The translations under genes were made by a program, and so were the position numbers. A DNA stretch of 64,000 nt from the human T2T-CHM13v2.0 reference genome, Homo sapiens. The notes under the pieces are model-generated. The model had not been told where the DNA came from and did no database searches. It saw only the letters and a program-made list of their open reading frames with translations. The stretch lies in NCBI RefSeq assembly GCF_009914755.1, contig NC_060925.1; one strand, 5' to 3'. This document shows positions 12,478 through 24,648 of this stretch, piece after piece; position 1 is the first letter of the stretch; every line of letters begins with the position of its first letter.

Positions 12478-13536
12478 TAAATGATTTTTTTTTTGTTTTT
12501 GGCTGGGGCATAGCTGATGTTTTAGTTTCTGCTGAATTTTGTGACTGTACATCCCACTGTGAGTGTGTGGTGGGGTGAGGTGGAAGCATGGAGGGCAAGG
12601 GTGGCTGTGGCTGCCTGGAGAATTGTAAAAGGCCAGGCCCTTACATGGGCAAACCATGGTATCATTCTGGACCTCGATTTTCTCATTTGCAAAGTAAAAG
12701 TTGGAGTGAGATGATCTTCTGGGTCGCTCCAGTTCTGTATGTGACCATCCAAAGTGTTACATGGAGACAGAGATATATTATTCAATGTGGAATCTGGGAA
12801 ACTGGTAGCAAGAATGCTGAGTACAATCATACAGTAGGATTTTTTAATCCAAACATTATTTATCCAACACTAATCAAAAATGCAATGAAAGGATTTAAAA
12901 AAATAAAGAGCAAACTGAGAAACTGCCAGACTATAAAACAAACGCTTTTCCTCTCTAGCTCTTACAGACTCATTCTACCATCTGGGGGATTTACAGGTGT
13001 TAAAATTGCCCCTGAAAGGAGCCTTTTTATTTCCTGGGGTGATGGAAATATATTGACAATTACGGGGGGAAATGAGGTTTTTTAATAAAACAATTAAAAG
13101 GGCTTAGTGTTTAAATGAAGGAGAATGTAATTTTCCTTTATTTTATCTATCATTAAATTGATATTACAAGCTATTATAAGAGTTTAGTCAAGGCTGATTT
13201 GCAAATATAATCCATACTTATGTGGATAGTCAGAGAAGAGGTGGGAAAAGCTCAGTTCCCGTGCACACACGTGTACACACACACACACACCCCTCAGGGG
13301 TTTGTTAATTTAAAAATTACGAACACTCAAATGGTGACCAAGGAGTGGCAGAATGTGGAATTAGGGGCATATGGGGAACTAAAGGAGCAATCTCTGTTTC
13401 CTCTAAGGAGGCTCTTCTTGATTTAGTGAGAATGCTGTACAATATTTCCTTTTTTTTTAGTTGTAAGTGCATGACTTAATTTGTAAGCACCAATATGTGA
13501 CATCTGAATACATCTGAGCAGATTTGAGACTACTGT

Positions 13537-13745
13537 CAGAGGCGCCCTGGGCCTGTCACATGACTCTTGATTGCTCCATTCTCTTCCCAACTCTGTGCCC
13601 AGAGTTCTAACTACCATCACATTGGTAGTTAGAAATCGGCCAGGGTGGTAGTATTGACATCATGGAAATCAGCAAATGATACAAATCAGGGATCTAGTTG
13701 TGATTTAACTATAATTGTTAGTATATATTTATCAACACATCACTG
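13537..13745 (+). mobile_element. MER63A-like hAT DNA transposon
   Basis: tctcttcccaactc...ttggtagttagaaatcggccagggtggtagtattgacatcatggaaatcagcaaatgatacaaatcaggg; terminus aacacatcactg. Confidence 0.75.
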
Positions 13746-13849
13746 ATCACAGTGAAATAAAACTTACAATAAAATTAATGGGACATACTACATTTGTTAT
13801 TGTTTGCAATAATAATTAAACATGAATGATTCATATCCATTTGTATGCA

Positions 13850-14070
13850 GAACCAGCTGCCCTTTACTGAGCCCCTACTGTGTGTCAGACCCTGTACCTG
13901 TTATACCTGTTATAGATTGTCTGTAGTCCTCAAGGCAGCCCTAAGAGGCCAGTGTTATTGTCTACATTTGACAGGTAAAGAAACAGAGACTCAAACTGAA
14001 AGTCAAAAAATTGCCTGTGGCCACACAGCTAGCTAATTGTTCAATCAGAACTAGAACCCAACACTCCCCA
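13850..14070 (-). mobile_element. MIR
   Basis: tttactgagcccctactgtgtgtcagac...ttgacaggtaaagaaacagagactc...ggccacacagctag. Confidence 0.8.
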
Positions 14071-14906
14071 CCTGCATTGAGTGAAAACAATGTTGCTGAG
14101 ATCAGCTCATGAGGTTGCAGGGAGGGGATGATGCTCAGGGAAACTAAAAACCATCAATGCTTCTTGCAAGACTCAAGGATCTCAAAGTTTGGAGGCTGAG
14201 CTTCGCCTCATTTCTGCAGCAGGGCCTTCCTGTGAAGAGTGTCAGATAAGATGCCAGCATCCTAGGAAGCCTAGATTCCCAGCTACACTGGTAGTGAGTG
14301 CTTGTGAGTTTCCACAGTGCTGAGAAATAGTTCTGCTGGCTTAGCTCTGGTGAAAGATTTTCTTGCTGCCCTTGCCTTGATGTCTTTTTCAGAGGGGTTT
14401 TCCTGCAGACCCCCAAAGACTGGTTTTTCCTCTCCTTGAACTCTCTCTCTTCCTTTTCCCTTTCTTATTTGGCCATCTGTGCAGCCCATGTCTTAATCTG
14501 CCTGTTCAGTTCCTGCTTGCCCTCACTCTCTCTTACGTAACTTCGTTTGCTCCCAGTGACGTCTCAGCAGAACACTCCCTCTTCCCGTGTTCTGAACAGT
14601 CCCAAGGTTTTCCAGGGTAACAAGATAGAGAAAATTTTATAATAATTGACAACAGAGTTTCTTTAAGGGAAAAGAGTCTTTGGTTCCAAGAGATGACTGA
14701 TGGGTGCTTGGGGAGAGGAGCCTGGACTGGCACCCAGGCCCCTGGGGCAAAGGCAGCTGCTGGGCATGATAAGTGGATGAATGGAATCTAGAAGTGAAGA
14801 CAGGAAGTGGAGGGAGAGAGCAGAAACCTGCCTGGGGTGGTTCAGTAAAGTAAAGTTTATAAAACTGAGCAAGAGCTGGGTGAAGGATATTTTCATTTGA
14901 TTGCAG

Positions 14907-15068
14907 AAAAGGAAGAAAGTACCGGATTCCACACTGGGATTGATATGTGTGGGACAAAGGTAGCTGGTTCAGAAATTGGAGCTGAAAACCTTGAGAAGAG
15001 GTCCCTTGGAAGTGGCAGCAATCTGGAGGAGAGCTTTGGGTTTCCAAAGGCCACAGAATGGGTGGGAG
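14907..15068 (+). other. Candidate internal exon A (162 nt, phase 1-1, open frame)
   Basis: Acceptor ttttcatttgattgcag| and consensus donor GAG|gtaagt; purine-rich; no stop in the phase-1 frame; not in a recognisable repeat. Confidence 0.3.
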
Positions 15069-16429
15069 GTAAGTTCTGGTCAATTTTCTTCATACCCACA
15101 AAGAGCTGGGGAGCCTCTGGCTGGCATCTGTGTTACCCTCAACAGCTACAGCTTCTCCAAACTAACTACCAGCCTGCTCTGGTCTTGACTGGCTCAAATA
15201 TTCTCTTGCTTCTTCTCCCCACATGTCTACCTGGCCAGTGTGTGTAGGCGTAAGAGAACCAGCTGGTAGTATGAGGATGCTGGTTAGGAAAGATGGAGCA
15301 CCAGACAGTGGAAGAGAGACAGGGTCTAAGAAAAGAGAGAATCAGTAAAGAAAGCAGAAGCTCCATTTCATAGCCCTCCCTCTACCATATGAAAGAAAGC
15401 AAAACAAATACATGTCCCAAGCCAAAACTGACACAAAAACTGATCCCCCCTGCCAAAAAAACCATCACCACAACAAGAAAACCCCACTTTCCGGTGGTAA
15501 GGTAAAGGGAGAACAGGCAACAACAGCAAAGTGTGGGTGACCTCGTTGCACGTGGCACAAACGATGAGCTAAGATGGAGTTTTAGGCCAAGACAGCAGAA
15601 GGTGGCCACAGGGATATTTCATGCCTTATTCAGTGTTCACAGGTACACCTAGTGAGAACCCATGTCTTAAATTCTGTCCCTGAGTGTGAAGTTGAAGCAG
15701 AAGGCCCATTAAAAAGGGCCTTTAAGAGTGCTGTGGAGAGTTGATAAAGGTGTGAGAATCCTGCAATGGCTGACATCACAAAGAGAGAACTTGAGATCCC
15801 CTTTCAAGTCCTGGCTGAGGGTTTTGACTGGAAAAGCTGGTTTTAAACACTGACATTATGAATGCTTGGGATGTGAGTAAAACACCTGAAATTCTTCAGC
15901 CAGTTGTGAATAGAGGAATAGTCCCATTTTTTAATGGCTTGACTTAGTCACTGAAGGTGATTTCCTAAACCCCAGAAAATTGTTACAAACCATCAGACTG
16001 TGGGTGCCACAGCCCTTAGTCAGTAAAATAGCCCCACATGGTGGGAAAACATTCCAATCTCTCTCCAAAATGGGAATAAAGGCATTCAACAAAATTACTC
16101 GGACTTTAAAAACACAATACCATTTCTCACTTTGCGTTAGTGTAGTAACAAATTCTAATGGAGGTAATTCTCAAGTATGCAATTGTATAAACTTGCCTTC
16201 TGAATGGAAAGATTGGAATTTAGGCAGCTGACCCCTGGCGTGATGTTTATGATCAGATCCAAGACAGGGCTGTCTGCCTGTCATGTCCCAGTCGGTACCA
16301 CCCTGCCCAGCATCTATGTTTGCTAAGGGTGTACATATACAGCAAGATCTGAATCAATGAAAACATATCCCATGTCTTTATGGAGTGACCCAGAAAGAAT
16401 AGCGTTTATACTGACCAAGAATACGGTTC

Positions 16430-16620
16430 ACAGAAGTTTAAGGAGATTTATTGGGCTGCCATTTACTAGCTGTAAAATCAGGATTGTGATAGTCTCTACC
16501 TCATAGGGTTGTTGGGAGAATCAAATATGATCACTGTCATAAAACTTTAGGCTAGAGCCTGACACTCAGCAAATATACAGTATACACATAGGAAATGGTA
16601 CTAGAACTTTTGTTAATACG
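16430..16620 (+). mobile_element. MIR
   Basis: ctgccatttactagctgtaaaat...tctacctcatagggttgttgggagaatcaaat. Confidence 0.75.
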
Positions 16621-17289
16621 TGATGGGAAGTTTCTATGGTGTGGAAAATTTTTAAATGAATGAAACACAGTCCTTTCTTTAAGAATCTCACTGAAGAGGG
16701 AGTAGAAGAAGACAGGTCAGTGGATAATTATGATATACAGGTCATAGTAAATACAATGTATAATAATAGGAGTAAATATTGAGTATTGCTTTAGGAGACG
16801 TGTCAGTGCTCTGACATAGGGAATCATTAAGGGTGAAAGGGCCATCTACTTGCATGAAGCCTGTAAATGTGAAAGACTAGGTCCTAGCAAGGCCAGCATT
16901 GCCATTCTGCTGTCCTAATGATGGATGGGGATTCGTGAGCAATTGAATTGAGCCACTGCCATTACTATTGATTTTTGGGATAGACTTCTCCATCAGAGCC
17001 AGTAGGCCACAGTCTGGGTCAGTGGCCAGACTGACATAAGTTTATGACCTTTCATAGGCTTCCCATGTGTCTCACCACACACCCATCTGCCCGGGGCCTA
17101 GGATCAAGCTGGCGGTAAAGGACTTGAGAAAATGAGGCTTGAATTAAGTGACCTCAGATCTAAACCAAATGTGGCTGGAACCTCTTTCTTGTTTTGAGAA
17201 GGATTTTTTGTTGTTGTTGTTGTTGTTATCAGAGCTTTGGAAGCAGTTTAATGAAGGGCGTAGATGTGGAAATGAGATGCATGTAGGTT

Positions 17290-18800
17290 TCAATAGTAGC
17301 TCCTATTGCCTTGCTCTTTGACCTTAAGAAAGTTTCTTACCCACTTTGAATCTCAGTTCGTTGTCTACCAAACAGGGAAAATGAAACCTACCTTATTAGG
17401 ATTTGGGGGTTTTGTTGTTCATAACAGCTTCTTCGAGATATAATTTACATACTATATAACATTTCACCCTTTTAAAGTGATTTCAGTCAGTGATTTTTTA
17501 GTATATTTAGAGTCATGCAACAATTGCCACTATCTAATTCCAGAATATTTTCATCACCCCCATAAGAAACTCATACCCATTAATAGTCACTCTCCATTCC
17601 TCCTTTCCCCTATCCCTCCCAGCAACCACTTATTTCAGTTTCTCTGGATTTGTCTATGCTAGACATTTCATGTAAAAGAAACCATACAGTATGTGGTTTT
17701 TGTGACTGGCTTCTTTTACTTAACATAATGTTTTTAAGATTCATCCAATCTTTTACATGTATCAGTACTTCATTCCTTTTTATTGCTGAGTAATATTTCA
17801 TTGTATGAATATACCATATTTTGTTTATCTATTCATCAGTGTATGGACATTTGGGTTTTCTTTGGCAATTATGGATAATGCTGCCATGAACATTTGTATA
17901 CAAGCTTTTGTATTGAATTATCTATCTTCAAATCTCTTGGGTATATGCCTAAAAGTGGAATTGCTGGAACTGAAGGTAATTGTATGTTTAACTTTTTGAG
18001 AACCTATCTAATTATTTTCCAAAGCAGTTGTACCATTTATAGTCCCGCCAACAATAAATAAGAGTTTCCATTTCTTCACGTCCTTGACAAAATTTGTTGT
18101 ATTCTGTCCTTTTGATTTTAGCCATCTTGGTGTGAAGTGGTATCACATTATGATTTTTATTTGCATTTCTTTAACAACAAATGATATTGAAGATCTTTTG
18201 CGTGCTTATTGGCCATTTGTATATTTTCTTTGGAGAAATGTCTATTAAAATTCTTTGCTAATTTTTAATTGGGTTGTCTTTCTATTGTTGAGTTATAAGA
18301 ATTATTTATATTCTGGATACAATTTCCTCATCAAATATATGATTTGCAAGTATTTCCTCCTATTTTATGGGTTCTCTTCACTTTCCTAATGGTGTCCTCT
18401 GTTGCCCAAAATTTCAAAATTTTGTTGAAGTTCAATTTTTCTGTTTTTTCCTTTTGTAGCTTGTACTTTTTGTGCCCTGTATAAGAAACCATTGCCTAGC
18501 CCAAGATTATAAAGATTCAGTCCTATGTTTTTCTCTAAGAGTTTCATAGTTTGATTCTTACATTTAGGTCTATAATCCATTTTGAATTTTTGTATATGGT
18601 GTGAGGAAGGGGTCTACCTTTATTATTTTGTACATATATGGATATGTCATTGTCCTGGCATCATTTGTTAAAAAGAATATTCTTTCCCTATTTAGTTATC
18701 TTGGTGTCCTTCATTAGGTTTGTAGTAATATATGATATGATCTATGTAAATTTCCTGGTATATGATAAGTTTCAATACATGGTAACTATTATTTTATTAC
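17290..18800 (+). mobile_element. MIR split into 17290-17405 and 18710-18800 by an L1MB insertion
   Basis: gaccttaagaaagtttcttacccactttgaatctcagtt...cctacc before the L1; MIR tail tgtaaatttcctggtatatgataagtttcaatacatggtaactattatt after it. Confidence 0.7.
17420..18708 (-). mobile_element. L1MB-type LINE-1 3' end (3'UTR plus decayed ORF2 C-terminus)
   Basis: ataacagcttcttcgagatataatttacatac 3' terminus; minus-strand ORF remnants MKYYSAIKRNEVL.. and MKLLEKNIG..LGLGNGF are ORF2-like. Confidence 0.9.
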
Positions 18801-18834
18801 AGTCAGCTTAAGATCTATTTAAGGTTTGCAAACA

Positions 18835-19040
18835 ATAATAGCAATAGCAGGAGCTAACATTTTATTGAGTACTGCCTATTCACCTGGCATTTTCCTTCAA
18901 CAAACTCAATCATGAGATCAGTACTATTTTAATCTCTTTTATTCAGATGAGGAAATTTGAACTTAGAGTGGCCAAAGAACTGATTCAAAGTCACACAAGT
19001 AGCAAGCCACAAAGTGGATAATTTAATTCAGACAGTCCTT
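18835..19040 (-). mobile_element. MIR
   Basis: agctaacattttattgagtac...cagatgaggaaatttgaacttagag..caaagtcacacaagtag. Confidence 0.8.
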
Positions 19041-19149
19041 GGTTGTGATGGAAATGAATCTCATGAGATATGAGTAAGAGGCTTGTTAGAATGAGAGAAA
19101 CACAATGACGTGTTGAGTGACTAACACAGTTAACATGACTACTGCTAAC

Positions 19150-19370
19150 AAGCAGTAGAAGGTGGCTAACAGCTAGATCATGTGGGTTTGAATCTTGGCT
19201 CAGCCACTTACAAGCTGTATGACCTTGGGCAGCTCAATTTGTTCAATATATAATGGGGCTACTTGGACTTCTTTTTGCATGGGCTTGCTGTGAGGCATCA
19301 GTGAGTTAATATGGGTAAAGCACTTAGAACAGTTCCTGGTAACATAGGAAGTGCTTAAAAATTGTCAGCT
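19150..19370 (+). mobile_element. MIR
   Basis: gggtttgaatcttggctcagccacttacaagctgtatgaccttgggca...aaagcacttagaacagttcctgg. Confidence 0.85.
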
Positions 19371-19431
19371 GTGACACTGATGCAGAGCTCTAAATCTGAG
19401 CCCAAGCTTGTGTTCCAGAATTTTTCCTACT

Positions 19432-19605
19432 CAGGGCTGGCTCCATAAGTGTACAAACTATGCAACTGTATAGGACTCTGTGCTCAGAAGGGCCTTGGAC
19501 TTGGTTTAATGTTCTGTTGTTAACATCTTGAACTTCTTAATTATTTTTGAACAAGGAGTTATTTTCATTTTGCACTGGGGCCCACAAATTATGCAGCCAG
19601 TCCTG
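19432..19605 (+). mobile_element. MER45A hAT DNA transposon, near full length
   Basis: Terminal inverted repeats cagggctggct...agccagtcctg; internal gctcagaagggcc and ttttcattttgcactggggcccacaaattatg. Confidence 0.85.
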
Positions 19606-20421
19606 GGCAGGGTGTAGGCCTGGCCAGACGAGTTCCCTCCTCCTAGTGATGCCTAGCACAACCCACGCAAGTTGTCTCTTCACAAACACTGTAGAACCTC
19701 CTTGGCTGCCCTGAGCTCCAGTGGATCTCAACATGGAGGATAGTGCTGTTAGGTTTAAGTTTCATGTCATCGAAGCCCACGCACATCTACTTGACATTCC
19801 TGATTTATTACCCAAAAGTAAATGAAATGCATCGTGGGCCCCGAATCTTGCCTCTATTATTGGACTGAAAACCTCCATTGACTTCAGCTGGCAGCCGGCA
19901 CCACTAATTGAGGACAGAGTTTGGCCCCGCGGGTTTTATATAGAAGATTTTTCTTTATTTCTTGTTTTCATGGTTGTGTGTTGTGGGCTGGGGATTATTT
20001 TTATGTTTTTCCACTTCCTGATTAGTTTTAGGACTTGTTTATTTGGAGACTGCTTTAATAAATTTGCACAGCAGGGTGAGTTAGTAACAGAGTTGGTGTA
20101 TTTAACCAGGAACTGCCTTCATTTCAGTTTGGTGTTTGGTGTTTAACTTCAGTCACTTTGTTTCAGTACCAAACCTCTGCCAAAGATCACCTATCCTTGA
20201 TCTACACACACCTTGGTGGTTTAACATAAGGGCAGAGCTCTGCTCCCCCAAGGCCCTGTACAGCTCACCACCACAGTGCATCCCCATTGCACTTCTAAAG
20301 TGTACTTGAGTTCAGATAATATTTTCTTATCTGCTTACCCCTCTAGGCTGTGGAGCCCAAGGTGGGGGGGTCTTGGTCATTGGTGGAGTTTCTGCGCATC
20401 GTACAGCTCCTGTTACAAAAC

Positions 20422-20637
20422 CCTTCATTCGAGAAATATTTCCTGAGCATCTATTGTGTGCCAAATGCAGATGCAGATGTGACATAAGCAAGACAAATGG
20501 TCTCTGCTCTCAAGGGGCTTACATTCTATGGGTGAAACACAGGTACAGATAGGCAAAGGATTGTAGCAATAATTGTAGAGTGAGATTGTTATTAAAAATA
20601 AAAGTAAATAATAGAATACAGGGATACAGTGGTTTGT

Positions 20638-20684
<47 letters not shown>

Positions 20685-21060
20685 TGGTGGTGGTGAAGGA
20701 AGGGCTCCCAGAGGAGATGACTGCTGAGTGGAGACCTGAGGCAAGAGGGAACCAGACATATGCAAATTGGCACTGCAGGCCCAGGGTGCAGCTGATGCAA
20801 AGGCCCCAGAGCTACGCTGGCTTGGCTTTGAGGAGCAGAAGGGAGGTAGGAACACAGTGAGCATGAGGAGAGTGTTCAGAGATGACCCTGGCCCTGGTAA
20901 GGAATTAGGTTTATTCCAAGGGCAATGAAAACCTTAGGGAGAAATGCTGCATTTTCAAAGAGCACTACGGCTGCTTTGTGGAAAAGGAGCTGTAGGTGGG
21001 GTGGGCAAGTTTGGGAGCAGGAAGATCAGGAAGGGGCTTTTGTGGTAATCTGTTGAACTG
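20422..21060 (-). mobile_element. L2 fragment
   Basis: cattcgagaaatatttcctgagcatctattgtgtgcca...gtctctgctctcaaggggcttacattcta. Confidence 0.8.
20639..20695. repeat. (GT)22 microsatellite followed by a short (GGT)n
   Basis: Read directly from the sequence. Confidence 0.97.
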
Positions 21061-21742
21061 ACTGGATTATTTCCAGAAAGAAACTGGGGCTTTCCTTGCT
21101 GAGGCTGGTAGTAGAAAGCGGAAGTGGAGTAGCAGATCAGGGTTCACAGCGTGTGGCTGAGAGCCAGGGTGACATTCCTCTGGACATTCTTCTGGACTGA
21201 ATCCTTGCATCATCTACATTTAAAATGAACCTCAGAAGCCCTGGCCCTGTGATGCTGATGCTATTGAGGTTGAATTCTCAGGGAGTGAAGAAAGGGCTTG
21301 GCTGAGAACAGAGAGGGAGGAGTCCCACATCAAGGGATGACTTCACTAAGGAGGGAAACTGGAGAGAGGTGGGCATTTCCAGGCAGAACAACAGTGTGGC
21401 GGAGAGTGAGGGAGCTGACGGCAGGAGTGATAGCTGGTTTAACAGAGGGTGCGTTGCGGCGCTATCAGCAGTGTGGAGTGGGATGGCGAGGCTGCATGCT
21501 GGAACTTATTTAAAGAGGCTATTGTAAAAGTCTCTGAGCCAGTTAATTACCAGTTTTTGTTATGTCAGGAACTCCTTGAGTTAAAGCAGAAAGAAACCAT
21601 TCACAAGTATGTTCCAGTTCTGTAGTTTAATGGGACATATAAAAAAAATAAAAAACTGATATAATGATTTAGTTCATGGAAGGATTGAAAACCATCACAA
21701 GAAAAGCTGAAATTACATATTGTGTTCCATCTCCTCCTACAG

Positions 21743-21862
21743 AAGCCATTGAAATGGCTGCAGACTTAATTGGACTAATGACCCATTGCTGTTATGCACA
21801 ACACTCTGTTGTTCACAGAAAATTGACAAAGCCGTGGAAACGGTCCACAAATATGAACCCAG
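21743..21862 (+). other. Candidate internal exon B (120 nt, phase 1-1, open frame)
   Basis: Acceptor tgttccatctcctcctacag|, branch-like gctgaa ~35 nt upstream, donor CAG|gtgagc; only the phase-1 frame is stop-free. Confidence 0.35.
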
Positions 21863-23335
21863 GTGAGCACAAAGACCCAGATGGGCTTTCTGAAGCACGT
21901 GTCCAAAGGTAAAAAGGAAAAAAAAGATGGAAGCAATGTGTACACACAGCTGGGAAGCCTTCTATGACTAGGTTCCAATCTTGTGGCCCAAGACCTGAGT
22001 GGAAAACAAATTAAAAAAAAAAAAAGAAATCCATATTTTCAACCTAAGACAAATTTTTGAAGGGTTGGGAGGTGCAGGTTCAGGATGAAGGGAAAGAGGA
22101 GGATTTTTAAAATGTGTATAACCTAAATTTATCAGGTAACAAGTGTAATTGTATAAAATGAACACTTGAGATAAGAGGAGGCAGACTGTGAATATCTTCT
22201 TCATGTCTAGTTTTATTTCTTGCTCACCTATTCTGGTTAACTCATGTCTCTGTTTGGGAATGCATCAAATCCCAAAAGTAGATCTCTGCAATGGTGGTTG
22301 GAGAAGACACATATTCATGGAATTTGCCTCCAGATTTTACTCACTGTTGTCACTGGAGTTAAATGGATTTAGCTTCTGGCCCTGGTTCTGGCACTTACAG
22401 GGGTGTGATATTGGACCGTTTCTACTATCTTCTCATCTATCCAATAGAGACAATGTCCCCTCCCCATGGATGGGCCCGGTACTAGGTGATGGGTGGCCCT
22501 GGAAGGATATGGAGGGTGCTGAGTAGGTTGCCTGCTGGAGGACCCTTGTGGGAACAGCTCGGCAGTCTGAGGCCACCTCTGCCAGCTGTCTCACAGAGCT
22601 CCTGGAGCAGCCCCTTTCAGCCAGCAGGCATGGTCCTGCCCCCACCTGAGACAGTTGGATTCTCAGCAAAATATACTTTATATTTTAATCTTGGTGGTTA
22701 TATGAAAGAAAAACTGATAGGGGCTAAAGAGGAACAAGGGGATTTTAAATTAGCTTCCCAAAGAAGAGCTGGGTCTTGCTTTATTTTGTTGTTGTGAATC
22801 AGAGCGTCTTCTCTGAGGGGCCATCTGGGGGCCTGGGGAAGGTCTTTGCAATTTGCAATGAAAGGGTGAAAGTGCCATTAATAACTAGGCCTTCCAGGGA
22901 GTAAACAGAATGTCAGTGACAACTGCAGAGGATACTAAATGTGTCCGCCCTGGTGAAATGGAGAAGCAGCCCATAGGGTCCAGTTGAGGAGGATTGGGGG
23001 TAGAAAAGGGCATGAGACTCAATGGGAGAAAAGACAAAAGAGAAAGATGTGCCTGGGCAGAGGGGACTGAAGGCTAAGATGTAGAACCGTGAAAGCACTG
23101 TGCAGCCTATGGGGCCACTTCAGGGTGATGCCCGTCACCATGAGGCTCACTTTGTCCGCATGATTTGGTGATCTGACTGCAGAAGCATGCTTGGAGGGGT
23201 CACTTGCTCAGCCCTTGACCAGGAACTTAACTGAAAAAGTAGCAACTTTGTGATGACTGCAAATTCCAAAGAGAAAGAAAATGAGTGGAAATGCTTCAAC
23301 AGGGAACGTAGAACTCTTGCTACAAATTTGACGCG

Positions 23336-23644
23336 TGTGGTAACCTGAGTAATGGTCCCCAGACACATTAACTTCTAATCTCTGGAATCTTATATGGTAA
23401 AAGAGGCTTTGCAGATGTGTTTAAGTCAGGGATCTTGAGATGGGGGAGATTGTCTTGAGTGATCAGGTAGGTTCTAAATGAAATCACGAGTGTGGCAGAG
23501 ATTTGACTACAGAAGAGGAAGAAGGCCGTGTGATGATGATACAGGGAAAAAAGGTAACCCCTCACTATACAAGAATAAGTTTGTGTTGTTTTAAGCCACC
23601 AAGTTGGTGGTAATTTGTTACAACAGCCAGGGGAAACTAATATA
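23336..23644 (+). mobile_element. MLT1D-like LTR with an internal deletion
   Basis: tgtggtaacctgagtaatggtcccc...ctttgcagatgtgtttaagtcagggatcttgagatggggg; end taatttgttacaacagccaggggaaactaatata. Confidence 0.8.
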
Positions 23645-23649
23645 GAATA

Positions 23650-23810
23650 ATGTGTGACTTTGGCCTCACTAAGCCTCGGTCCCCCCAACTGTAGCATGGA
23701 GGTATTACTACTAATCCTTTCCCTCTCATGGGTTTGCTCTGAGGTTCAAATGAAACAATTTATGGGAGTGCTTGCTATTAATTATAATGCACTATATACA
23801 TGTGAGTTAA
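23650..23810 (+). mobile_element. MIR fragment
   Basis: tgtgtgactttgg...ctcatgggtttgctctgaggttcaaatgaaa. Confidence 0.65.
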
Positions 23811-24352
23811 CAATGTTCTTGAAGGACACTCATGATGGTCGCTCTTTTTAACAATATGAATCCTGAGCAATGAGGGGATCAGTGAAAGTTAGAGGTGCTC
23901 CAGGATAGGGCAGATGACAGTGATGGTAGAGGGAGAGGAGAAAGAGATGGGAAGAGGGTAGACACTGGGGCTGAGGTACAGCCTTGCCACAGGATGCCCA
24001 GGGCCCAAGCCTGGCTGAGGGGAAGGTTTCCCAAGGTTTAACCTGGCACAGCAGCCAGGCTATGGCTTCAGATGTCTCCAGAGGAGTTCACCAGTCCTCA
24101 GGAGCCCAAGATTCTGTGTTGCTTGGAAAAAAAAAAAGGGGGTAAAAAGGAATCAGTGATCAGGGAGGTATTTTCTTAATTGGGGGCAGGGACAGGCAAA
24201 GCTTCCTTGATTAAAAGAGGCATCTTGAACTTCTGGCCCCCAGAATGGTCAGATAATGACTTTGTTCTCCACCCACCCCCCCACCAAAAAAAGGAATTGC
24301 TGCTAGAGCACATTTGAAGACCTTGCAGAGCTGACCTGGGATACTGAGGTAG

Positions 24353-24648
24353 TTTCTTTCTTTCTTTTTTTTTTTATTTAATTTAAAGTTTCAGGATATA
24401 TGTGCAGGACATGCAGGTTTGTTACATAGGTAAACGTGTGCCATGGTGGTTTGCTGCATCTATCAAGCCATCACCTAGGTATTAAGCCCAGCATGCATTA
24501 GCTATTTACCCTGATGCTCTCCCTCCCCCGCCCCCTGATAGGCCCTGGTGTGTGTTGTTCCCCTCCCTGTGTCCATGTGTTTTCATTATTCAGCTCCCAC
24601 TTAAGCGTGAGAGCATGCAGTGTTTGGCTTTCTATTCCTGTGTTAGTT
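24353..24648 (-). mobile_element. 5'-truncated L1PA (PA7-PA10-like) 3' end
   Basis: poly-T then atgtgcaggacatgcaggtttgttacataggtaaacgtgtgccatggtggtttgctgc. Confidence 0.92.

Noticed and set aside
12588-13085. 165-aa ATG-initiated ORF
   Set aside because: No recognisable domain, partly MIR-like, no supporting promoter or splice structure; length is within chance for this window
21169-21198. 12-bp tandem repeat gacattcctctg/gacattcttctg with TEAD-like cores
   Set aside because: Too short and isolated to distinguish from ordinary slippage
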